Source of the DNA: Glaucostegus cemiculus
Lineage: Eukaryota
Assembly (NCBI GenBank): GCA_976551045.1
Contig: CDPCPM010000041.1
Location: 186,001 to 250,000, forward strand
DNA: 64,000 nucleotides
Direction: 5' to 3'
The position numbers and the translations under genes were made by a program. Shown piece after piece: positions 44,001-55,910 of this stretch. The notes beneath the pieces were generated by a model that had not been told where the DNA came from, did no database searches, and saw only the letters and a list, made by a program, of their open reading frames with translations. Numbering within the stretch: the stretch's first letter is position 1; each line of letters begins with the position of its first letter.

Positions 44001-47000
44001 TCCCACACGAACACACAAGGGCGGCGGCGACCTTTTCCCGCTCATCCTGTACTCATTCGGTGAGACTGTCCCCACTTCCCATCCGATTCCTACTGGTTCT
44101 GCCATTCACGCTAGCGACACAGCCTCTGATCATATCGGCCCGGACCCGCGTGGACACAAGAGAACCGGCCAGGACGCCAGCTTGATCACAGGGAGAGCTT
44201 GTAAACTCCACGCAGACAGCGGTGGAGGTCAGCCCGGAGACGCGGTCACTGGGGCTGCGAAGCAGCGGTTCCATGAGCCGAGACAAATGCGCCTCTCACC
44301 TTCTATTGCTCTCCTCCATAGCTCTATATTCTGCTCCGAACCACGAAACGCAGATTATCTGCACGTAGAGGCTTGGATGAACCCGTTTACCTCTGTCAGA
44401 CAAATGTACTGTGCACTGAAGGAAGATTGGGGGCGCCCTGTATTTGCTGTTGTAACTGTTCCCCTCCTTTATCTATCTATTTGTTAGTCTGTCCTATATT
44501 GATCCACCTATCTATCTATCAATCCATTTATTTTCTAACAATCTATTTAACGATCTAGCTCTTTTCTATCCATCTCTCTATCCATCTATCTGTCTCTGAC
44601 TGTGGATATATCTACTTATATATCTGTGTATCCATCTGTCTGTCTATGTCTATCTATGTTTACTGCTTTCTCTGCCATTTGCATATTCCGTTATAACCGT
44701 TCCTCTCTGTTATTTACAGCACCTTTTCCACTTCCTTCACTTTACCTTTTAAACCTGTACCATCCATATTCAAGTTTGTCATCACTCTTAGTTGGATCCG
44801 TGCATTCCTTTCTTTGGCAATCCGAGCTCCTCCAGGGCTCGTCCAGGACTGTGTGACTGACACACGGGTCAGAGCGAGCGGAGTCCGCAGCTGAACAACA
44901 GAATCACGCGGAGTGTGAGTATCACCGGCAGTCGACGTGTTGCGTGGACGACTGAACACCGAAGTTGCACCGAATCACGTAATCGGACGGCGGAGCGATG
45001 GGCCCTTTCGGCCCATCTCGTCCGTGATATCCGTGATATGCATTAACTCGAATCCCATTTGACTGCATTCGCCTCGTAACCCTCTGCTCCTATCCAAGTA
45101 CCAACACAAAGATTGTTACTGTTCTGGCCTCCACCACTTCCCCTGGCAGGTGAGAGGTCAGCACCGCCCTCTGTGTAAGAACTTACTCCTCAGAGTCTCT
45201 TCACTCTCCCCCCTCGCTCCTCTGTTACGGGATAAGGACAATGTCCACGATCGCCACTTCCAGTGCGCGGCTCACGCGTGTTCTCAGGACCCTCGAGATA
45301 TCCCCTTTCTCTCTCCCCCCCGCTCAGTCCCTGTATCCATCCTGAGCTTCCATCTTTGACGTTCAATGACGTCACGCAAATGAGAGCTGTGAAGTCTTGG
45401 ACCTGTCGTGTGTCAGGCCAGCTCTCCCTTGGGAATATAAGGTGGAATTCTCGAACCGGAAGTCTTGGAGGTAGACATCTTCCCCTGAGAGCAAGGTATA
45501 TATTGTAGATACATAGATCAATATGTAGGCAGACAGATGGATACATAGAAATGTAGCCAGAAATATAGACAGAGAAAGAGAGAGATAGCTGAATAGACAG
45601 ATAGACAGATAAGTAGACAGACAGTGACAGATGGAGAGACAGACAGGTAGACAGACAGACTGAAGGGCGCAGAGTCGGACTTGCAGACCGACAGAGAGTT
45701 GGAGCGTTGGAAACAGAAAAATGCACTCCGAAGCACAGATTGTCTTTCACGTTCTGCTGTTACCGAAACTGCGCATATTTACAAGGCAATTCAATGACGA
45801 AGTGGCGGCTTCCTTCTATTGTCTATGAAATGTCAGGTGAGTCCAGCCCCCACCACTGGGCATGGTTGGGGTGAGGAAAGCAGATAGACACTGGGTGGGT
45901 CCTCATTCGTCATCTACAGCTTTATAGTTCCAGAACCTCCTTCCCCTGAAGCCCTGGATCTCTTTCTCTGACCCTCCTTGTGCCACCACACTGGGACCGG
46001 TGCAGCCGGGAAGTGTACCTGTGCAATAAGCAGAGTCTTTGTCTGTTTTCTTCAGCTGATAGACGACGTAATCGGTGCAGTTTTTAATCTTGATCTCCTT
46101 CGTCCATTCACAGGCGCTGTTCTCTTTGCTGAAACAAACTGTGCGGTTTACCACTCCCTGCCCCACGGCGGGATGGGGACCTGTAAATATTGCCGAGCGT
46201 AACTCACATGAGTACTGCGGAATAGGAATATGAATGTTCGGGATGTTGTAAATTCTCACCCTACCTTGTATCCAGCCGGGATGTTCCGTGGAGCAGTGAT
46301 CCTCTGAGATACGAGTCTCGGGAATCTTCCATCCTCCGGAACTGCAAGAACAACCACAGCGTCTGCATCCGATCTCCTCGCTTCATCATCTGTGAGAATG
46401 GCTGGTGTCCGGAGAGCGAGACTGCACACTCGGAACTAACTTCTGACCCCTCCCCTCCCTGCTCGAATTCAACACACAGATCTCTTCCGGAAATCATCCT
46501 GCACGCAACGTCCCGATTGCTGCCCCCACATATATCCCCGGGTCCTCTCCTAACTTCTCTACCTGATGGACATCCGTCACCGTCAGGGCGGGAGGCACCC
46601 TGGCGTAGCTGGGAGGGCCGCTGCCTCACAGCGCCGGTGACCTGGTCTCAAGCATCCACTGTCCTCTGTGTGGAGTTTGCACGTCATCTCCGCGACCACG
46701 CTGATTTCCTCCGAGTGCCCGCATTCCCACCACATCCCAACACCGTGTGGCTTCGAAGATTAACTGGCCACTGTCAGTGGCCGCTGGTGCTCAGGTGAGA
46801 GGCAGCTTCTGACATCGTTTCATGTCAATTTGGGACGAATAGAGAATTTGGTGTAAATGTAGGTTTACCTGGAGGGCCGAAGGGCCTGTTTCCTTGCTGT
46901 ATCTTTCCAGTCGAATTCACCTGATCTCTTAATGTTCTAGCTGCATTACCTCTCCCAATGCTGATATCCTCAGGGCCCTGATCTCCGACGGCCTTGAGCC

Positions 47001-50000
47001 TTGAGCCCTTCCTTGTTTACCCTTCTGCGTAAGTCCCGCTAACTCGGTTATCCCTGTCCCATCTCCCACTCCATCCTATATCTATCCCACACGAACACAC
47101 AAGGGCGGCGGCGACCTTTTCCCGCTCATCCTGTACTCATTCGGTGAGACTGTCCCCACTTCCCATCCGATTCCTACTGGTTCTGCCATTCACGCTAGCG
47201 ACACAGCCTCTGATCATATCGGCCCGGACCCGCGTGGACACAAGAGAACCGGCCAGGACGCCAGCTTGATCACAGGGAGAGCTTGTAAACTCCACGCAGA
47301 CAGCGGTGGAGGTCAGCCCGGAGACGCGGTCACTGGGGCTGCGAAGCAGCGGTTCCATGAGCCGAGACAAATGCGCCTCTCACCTTCTATTGCTCTCCTC
47401 CATAGCTCTATATTCTGCTCCGAACCACGAAACGCAGATTATCTGCACGTAGAGGCTTGGATGAACCCGTTTACCTCTGTCAGACAAATGTACTGTGCAC
47501 TGAAGGAAGATTGGGGGCGCCCTGTATTTGCTGTTGTAACTGTTCCCCTCCTTTATCTATCTATTTGTTAGTCTGTCCTATATTGATCCACCTATCTATC
47601 TATCAATCCATTTATTTTCTAACAATCTATTTAACGATCTAGCTCTTTTCTATCCATCTCTCTATCCATCTATCTGTCTCTGACTGTGGATATATCTACT
47701 TATATATCTGTGTATCCATCTGTCTGTCTATGTCTATCTATGTTTACTGCTTTCTCTGCCATTTGCATATTCCGTTATAACCGTTCCTCTCTGTTATTTA
47801 CAGCACCTTTTCCACTTCCTTCACTTTACCTTTTAAACCTGTACCATCCATATTCAAGTTTGTCATCACTCTTAGTTGGATCCGTGCATTCCTTTCTTTG
47901 GCAATCCGAGCTCCTCCAGGGCTCGTCCAGGACTGTGTGACTGACACACGGGTCAGAGCGAGCGGAGTCCGCAGCTGAACAACAGAATCACGCGGAGTGT
48001 GAGTATCACCGGCAGTCGACGTGTTGCGTGGACGACTGAACACCGAAGTTGCACCGAATCACGTAATCGGACGGCGGAGCGATGGGCCCTTTCGGCCCAT
48101 CTCGTCCGTGATATCCGTGATATGCATTAACTCGAATCCCATTTGACTGCATTCGCCTCGTAACCCTCTGCTCCTATCCAAGTACCAACACAAAGATTGT
48201 TACTGTTCTGGCCTCCACCACTTCCCCTGGCAGGTGAGAGGTCAGCACCGCCCTCTGTGTAAGAACTTACTCCTCAGAGTCTCTTCACTCTCCCCCCTCG
48301 CTCCTCTGTTACGGGATAAGGACAATGTCCACGATCGCCACTTCCAGTGCGCGGCTCACGCGTGTTCTCAGGACCCTCGAGATATCCCCTTTCTCTCTCC
48401 CCCCCGCTCAGTCCCTGTATCCATCCTGAGCTTCCATCTTTGACGTTCAATGACGTCACGCAAATGAGAGCTGTGAAGTCTTGGACCTGTCGTGTGTCAG
48501 GCCAGCTCTCCCTTGGGAATATAAGGTGGAATTCTCGAACCGGAAGTCTTGGAGGTAGACATCTTCCCCTGAGAGCAAGGTATATATTGTAGATACATAG
48601 ATCAATATGTAGGCAGACAGATGGATACATAGAAATGTAGCCAGAAATATAGACAGAGAAAGAGAGAGATAGCTGAATAGACAGATAGACAGATAAGTAG
48701 ACAGACAGTGACAGATGGAGAGACAGACAGGTAGACAGACAGACTGAAGGGCGCAGAGTCGGACTTGCAGACCGACAGAGAGTTGGAGCGTTGGAAACAG
48801 AAAAATGCACTCCGAAGCACAGATTGTCTTTCACGTTCTGCTGTTACCGAAACTGCGCATATTTACAAGGCAATTCAATGACGAAGTGGCGGCTTCCTTC
48901 TATTGTCTATGAAATGTCAGGTGAGTCCAGCCCCCACCACTGGGCATGGTTGGGGTGAGGAAAGCAGATAGACACTGGGTGGGTCCTCATTCGTCATCTA
49001 CAGCTTTATAGTTCCAGAACCTCCTTCCCCTGAAGCCCTGGATCTCTTTCTCTGACCCTCCTTGTGCCACCACACTGGGACCGGTGCAGCCGGGAAGTGT
49101 ACCTGTGCAATAAGCAGAGTCTTTGTCTGTTTTCTTCAGCTGATAGACGACGTAATCGGTGCAGTTTTTAATCTTGATCTCCTTCGTCCATTCACAGGCG
49201 CTGTTCTCTTTGCTGAAACAAACTGTGCGGTTTACCACTCCCTGCCCCACGGCGGGATGGGGACCTGTAAATATTGCCGAGCGTAACTCACATGAGTACT
49301 GCGGAATAGGAATATGAATGTTCGGGATGTTGTAAATTCTCACCCTACCTTGTATCCAGTCGGGATGTTCCGTGGAGCAGTGATCCTCTGAGATACGAGT
49401 CTCGGGAATCTTCCATCCTCCGGAACTGCAAGAACAACCACAGCGTCTGCATCCGATCTCCTCGCTTCATCAGCTGTGAGAATGGCTGGTGTCCGGAGAG
49501 CGAGACTGCACACTCGGAACTAACTTCTGACCCCTCCCCTCCCTGCTCGAATTCAACACACAGATCTCTTCCGGAAATCATCCTGCACGCAACGTCCCGA
49601 TTGCTGCCCCCACATATATCCCCGGGTCCTCTCCTAACTTCTCTACCTGATGGACATCCGTCACCGTCAGGGCGGGAGGCACCCTGGCGTAGCTGGGAGG
49701 GCCGCTGCCTCACAGCGCCGGTGACCTGGTCTCAAGCATCCACTGTCCTCTGTGTGGAGTTTGCACGTCATCTCCGCGACCACGCTGATTTCCTCCGAGT
49801 GCCCGCATTCCCACCACATCCCAACACCGTGTGGCTTCGAAGATTAACTGGCCACTGTCAGTGGCCGCTGGTGCTCAGGTGAGAGGCAGCTTCTGACATC
49901 GTTTCATGTCAATTTGGGACGAATAGAGAATTTGGTGTAAATGTAGGTTTACCTGGAGGGCCGAAGGGCCTGTTTCCTTGCTGTATCTTTCCAGTCGAAT

Positions 50001-52916
50001 TCACCTGATCTCTTAATGTTCTAGCTGCATTACCTCTCCCAATGCTGATATCCTCAGGGCCCTGATCTCCGACGGCCTTGAGCCGAGGACGCAACGCAAC
50101 AGCCCTTCCTTGTTTACCCTTCTGCGTAAGTCCCGCTAACTCGGTTATCCCTGTCCCATCTCCCACTCCATCCTATATCTATCCCACACGAACACACAAG
50201 GGCGGCGGCGACCTTTTCCCGCTCATCCTGTACTCATTCGGTGAGACTGTCCCCACTTCCCATCCGATTCCTACTGGTTCTGCCATTCACGCTAGCGACA
50301 CAGCCTCTGATCATATCGGCCCGGACCCGCGTGGACACAAGAGAACCGGCCAGGACGCCAGCTTGATCACAGGGAGAGCTTGTAAACTCCACGCAGACAG
50401 CGGTGGAGGTCAGCCCGGAGACGCGGTCACTGGGGCTGCGAAGCAGCGGTTCCATGAGCCGAGACAAATGCGCCTCTCACCTTCTATTGCTCTCCTCCAT
50501 AGCTCTATATTCTGCTCCGAACCACGAAACGCAGATTATCTGCACGTAGAGGCTTGGATGAACCCGTTTACCTCTGTCAGACAAATGTACTGTGCACTGA
50601 AGGAAGATTGGGGGCGCCCTGTATTTGCTGTTGTAACTGTTCCCCTCCTTTATCTATCTATTTGTTAGTCTGTCCTATATTGATCCACCTATCTATCTAT
50701 CAATCCATTTATTTTCTGACAATCTATTTAACGATCTAGCTCTTTTCTATCCATCTCTCTATCCATCTATCTGTCTCTGACTGTGGATATATCTACTTAT
50801 ATATCTGTGTATCCATCTGTCTGTCTATGTCTATCTATGTTTACTGCTTTCTCTGCCATTTGCATATTCCGTTATAACCGTTCCTCTCTGTTATTTACAG
50901 CACCTTTTCCACTTCCTTCACTTTACCTTTTAAACCTGTACCATCCATATTCAAGTTCGTTATCACTCTTAGTTGGGTCACTGCAATCCTTTTCTTTGCA
51001 ATACGTGCTCCTCCAGGGCTCGTCCAGGACTGTATGTTTGACACACGGGTCAGAGGGAGTGGAGTCCGCAGCTGAACAACAGAATCACGCTCAGTGTGAG
51101 TATCACCCACAGTCCACGCATTGCAGGGACGTCTGAACACAGAAGTGTCACTGAATCACAGAATGGGATGGCGGAGCGACGGGCCCTTTCGGTCAATTTT
51201 GTCCGTGCCCACCGTGATACCCATCAATGTCATTTGCCTGCATTCGTCCCGTAAACATCTGCTCCTGTCCAAGTGCCTGCACAAAGTTTGTTTTTGTTCT
51301 CGCCTCCACCGCTTCCTCTGGGGGTGGGGGGTGGGGGTGAGAACACTAACACCTTCGATTCTCTTTATCTCTCTCCCTTCTACCTTTAGGGGCGGCACGG
51401 TAGCGTAGCGGATAGAGCGACGCTGTTACAGCGCCAGCGATCGGGGTTCGTTTCCCGTCGTTGACTGTCAGGAGTTTGTACGTTCTCCCGTGTTTGCGTG
51501 GGTTTCCTCCGGGTGCTCCGGTTTCCTCCCACATTCTGAAAGACGTACGGGTAGGTTAATTTGGGGGTTTAAAATGGACGGCGCGGACTCGTTGGGCCGA
51601 AAGAGCCTGTTACCACGCTGTAAATAAAATTAAAAAAAAGATAAATTTAAAGAAACTTCTGCCTTCTATCCTGGGTAAAGGATCTTGTCCATCTCTCCTA
51701 CCTGTGTCGCTCATGAGTTTATAAGTATCTTCCAGGTCCGCCTTCAGCCTCATTCCTGTGAGAACAAGCCCACCTCATCCATTCTCCCTTTTTAACCACT
51801 GAAACCGAGTTCCAGGCAACACCCTGGCGAGCATCTTCTGCCGTCACTCTCACTATGTCTTACTGCGATATCATTACTGTTATAGGGCGACAAGAACTGC
51901 GCACAAAATGCTGTCCAAACAATGTTTTGCAGAGGTACCACACGGCATCCCAATTCCTACACCAAACACCTTCTACATTACCGCATCTACCTGCCTCGCC
52001 ACTTTCACTGCACGGCTCACGTGTATTCTCAGGTCCCTCAGGAAATCTTCTCCCTCTCGGTCTCTGTTCCCAGCCTGAGATTCCCTCTTTGACGTTAAAT
52101 TACGTCACACAATTGAGAGCTGTGAAGCCTTGGATCTGTCGTCACTCGCGCACGTCAGCCCAGATCTCTCCTGGGAACAACAGGTGGAATCTCGAACCGC
52201 AAGTGACTGGCTTGGTCCTCCATATTCTTAGAGATTGAATTTATCCCCAGAAAGGTACATGGATAGATAGTGNNNNNNNNNNNNNNNNNNNNNNNNNNNN
52301 NNNNNNNNNNNNNNNNNNNNNNNNNNNNNNNNNNNNNNNNNNNNNNNNNNNNNNNNNNNNNNNNNNNNNNNNNNNNNNNNNNNNNNNNNNNNNNNNNNNN
52401 NNNNNNNNNNNNNNNNNNNNNNNNNNNNNNNNNNNNNNNNNNNNNNNNNNNNNNNNNNNNNNNNNNNNNNNNNNNNNNNNNNNNNNNNNNNNNNNNNNNN
52501 NNAAATATAGAAGATGGACAGACAGATTGGTAGATAGATAGATACATAGGAAGATAGAGGAGAGATAATAGGTTGGAGAAACAGATTTATAGAGGGACAG
52601 ATAGATAGGTAGATGGAGAGATAAACATTGTAAATAGATAGCTAGATAGCCTGATAGCTAGCCAGCTAGCTAGCTGGATAGATAGATAGATAGACAAACA
52701 GACAAATGCATAGATGGAAACATAGGTAGACATAGACAGACAGATGGATACACCGATACATAGGTAGATATCTCGACAGTCAGAGATAGATAGATAGAGG
52801 GATAGAGAGATGGATAGCAAAGATCTAGATCGTTAGATAGATTGTTAGAAAATAGATGAATTGATAGATAAATAGGTGGATTAATATAGGCAGAGATGGA
52901 CAGACTAACAAATAGT

Positions 52917-52974
<58 letters not shown>

Positions 52975-54034
52975 TAGAGAGACAGATAGATAGACAGGTA
53001 GATAGGTAGACAGAGATGTATAGATGGACGGATAGAATGGCAGATAGATAGAAAGACAGATAGGTAGACGGAAAGAAATAAAAGAAAGAAAGAAAGTAAA
53101 AACAAAGAAAGACGGTGAGTGGACAAACGTGAGGGTGGGTAAGGAAATGGATGGATGGATCAGGTGCTCCCGGTGCGAGATATGACTTATCTCCGTAAAC
53201 CTGCTCATGGATTAGCGCACATCGAATATCTGGGTCATAAATGCTGCTCTATTGACAGGTGCTGCCGGACTCTTGCATTTCCGGTGCAGACGCACGGGGA
53301 GGCCGAACTGCTGGAACAGACACGGATATTTTACATTTCCCGGAAGAGCCAGAAATCTGCAATCTCTTTACCTTTTTCCGAATGAGACGCATTTTCGATG
53401 GGCGATTTGGACATGGGCGGAGAGCTGGGAGATGTCAAAACCGACAGCGGATCTGAGGGATGCAGAAAGGGAGAGTTTACTGAGATGCGACGCTGAAGGC
53501 TTAATGGAGTTTGAATAGTGAAAAGTGAGAGCGATTCGTTGCAACTGACTGCAGTGCCTTTCCTTGTTTCTTTGACACAGTAACTTAACGTGACCTACGA
53601 CTGGACAAAGCAGACGTCATTATCTACCTGGATTTCCTATCGCAATAGGTAAAAGGAGAGCTCGAAATGACCAAAATTGTCAACAGATAATCAGTGAAGA
53701 CATTAACCAGAGAATATTATTGAGACACGTAGTAGAATTGAGTGGGGACAGGTGTGACATACTATGCAACAGCGGGAGATCAAATGGCGTCTTCCCAAAG
53801 CTGAATTGGAAGAATTGGGGCGCTCTGTAATAGAGAACGGAGTCTGACGTGTTATTACAGAAGTGCAGTTCCACAGAGCTGCCTCATTCTCCTTGAGTCA
53901 GTCAAGGCATCTCCAAGTTGTCACCCGAATTTCTCACTGTGAGAGATGTCAATCCGTGTAGATGTTTGAAGGAAAAATCCAATGTAGAGAAGACGCACAG
54001 CGGAAAGGTGGAGCGCAAGGAAACATGGAGGCAA

Positions 54035-54076
<42 letters not shown>

Positions 54077-55876
54077 AGAGCGAAACAGAGAAACATGGAT
54101 GATTAGTTCAGAAAGTAGGAAGAAGATGGACAGAAAGACAGGCAGATTGATAGATAGATGGATACAGAGATATAGAGCTAAGCAGGTAATTACAGGTAGA
54201 AGAAAGATGCATTGATAATTTTTTTATGTTAATAGAGAGAAGTATCTATTTTTACAGACATAGATATATTTAGATACAAAAATGGCGATCGGTACATTGA
54301 AACACAGTAAGATTGAGTGAAAGAAATATTTGTAGGTTGTGAGACAATGACAATAACAGGGATTTATAGAGGTATAGACATAGATAAACAGGTTGATAGA
54401 TGGAACGATATACAGATAGATCACAGATAGATGGACAGAGAGATAGCCAGATGTAGATGAATAGATGGACCGATAGATAGACAGATAGATAGACAGGAAG
54501 TATAGCTAAGAGAACGAAAGAAAGAAAAAAGAGGAAAGAAAGAAAGAAAGGAAGGAAGGAAGAAAGAAAGAAAGACGGCGAGTGGACAAACGTGAGGGTG
54601 GGTAAATAAATGGATGCATGGGAAGGATGGATGGATCAGGTGCTCCCGGTGCGAGATATGACTTCTCTCCGTGCACCTGCGCATCGATTAGCGCAAATCG
54701 AATATCCGGGTCATAAATGCTGCTCTATTGACAGATGCTGCCGGACTCCGGTGATTTCCGGTGCAGACCCACGGGGAGGCCGAACTGCTGGATCAGATAC
54801 GGATATTTTACATTTCCAGGAGTCTGCAATCTCTTTACCTTTTTCCGAAGAAAGAAATCTTAACCGACAGGGGGTCTGAGAGATGCAGAATGAGAGAGGT
54901 TACTTTTTTTGCGACGCTGCGGGCTTGATAGAGTTTGAACAGTTAGAAGTGAGAGCGATTCGCTGCCGCTGACTGCAGTGCCTTTAGTTCTTTCTTTGAC
55001 ACATAATCGGAACAACGTCTGGGCAAACAAGACATCATCATCTATCGATATTTGTTTTCGGAACAGGCAAAGGGAGCTCTCGAAATTTGCACAATTGCCA
55101 ACAGCTAAGCACTGATGAGATTAACCGTAGAATATTAGTGAGACAAGTGGTGGAATTGAGTGGGGACAGGTGTGACATACTGTGAAACAGCGGAAGATCT
55201 AGTGGTGTCTTCCCAAAGCTGAATTGGTAGAACTGGGGATCTCTGTAATAGTGAACGGAGTTTTATGTGTTGTTACAGAAGTACACTTCCACAGTGCTGC
55301 CACAGTCTCCTTGAGTCGATCAAGACACCCTAATTTCTCACTGTGAGGGATCTCAATCCCCGAGAGAAGAATCCAGTTCAAACTTATTTGAAGATGCACA
55401 GGTGAAAAGTGGAGGGGAAGAAAACATGGAAACAGGGAGCGATAGAGCGTGAGAGAGAGTGTGACAGAGAGAAATACAGAGAGAGAGAAAGGGAGAACGA
55501 AAGAGATAAACAGAGACGGAGGATAAGTAAATCAGAAAGTAGGAAGTCGATGGACAGAAAGACAGATAGATAAATAGATACAGAAAAATAGAGGAAAATA
55601 GAGAGAACGGAGATGGATTGATAAATTGTTATGTAAATAGATAGATGCATATATATTTAAAATCACAACTATTTTCACTAATATTTTTAGATAGATTAAA
55701 TGGCTAAAGGTACAGTAACAAATTGAAAAACGATGTATAGAAATATTTGCAGATTTTGAGATTGGCACAATAACAGTTGTATGGATAGATAGATAGCGAT
55801 AGTGATAGACAGAGATGAAGAGTTAGTGTAATGATAGGGATAGAGAGGTTGTGATAGAGGGAGGGAGAGAGAGATG

Positions 55877-55910
<34 letters not shown>

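Larger units (their letters stand above)
35560..50957. repeat. Near-identical tandem array, about 5 x 3,084 bp, each unit carrying exons B, C and the next exon A
   Basis: Matching ORFs recur at a 3,084-bp period (36651, 39735, 42819, 45903, 48987); only scattered SNPs and small indels. Boundaries approximate. Confidence 0.95.
53110..55570. repeat. Diverged 2-copy duplication (about 53110-54140 and 54573-55570) unrelated to the D10C unit
   Basis: Both copies begin gacgg(t/c)gagtggacaaacgtgagggtgggtaa and are collinear for about 1 kb. Confidence 0.85.

Noticed and set aside
35560-50957. Regular repeats as a CRISPR array or prokaryotic system
   Set aside because: Units are kilobases long, contain spliceosomal exons and vertebrate retroelements; no short repeat-spacer structure or cas genes
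51389-51465. tRNA gene
   Set aside because: Continues into the V-SINE core and A-rich tail, so it is a SINE head
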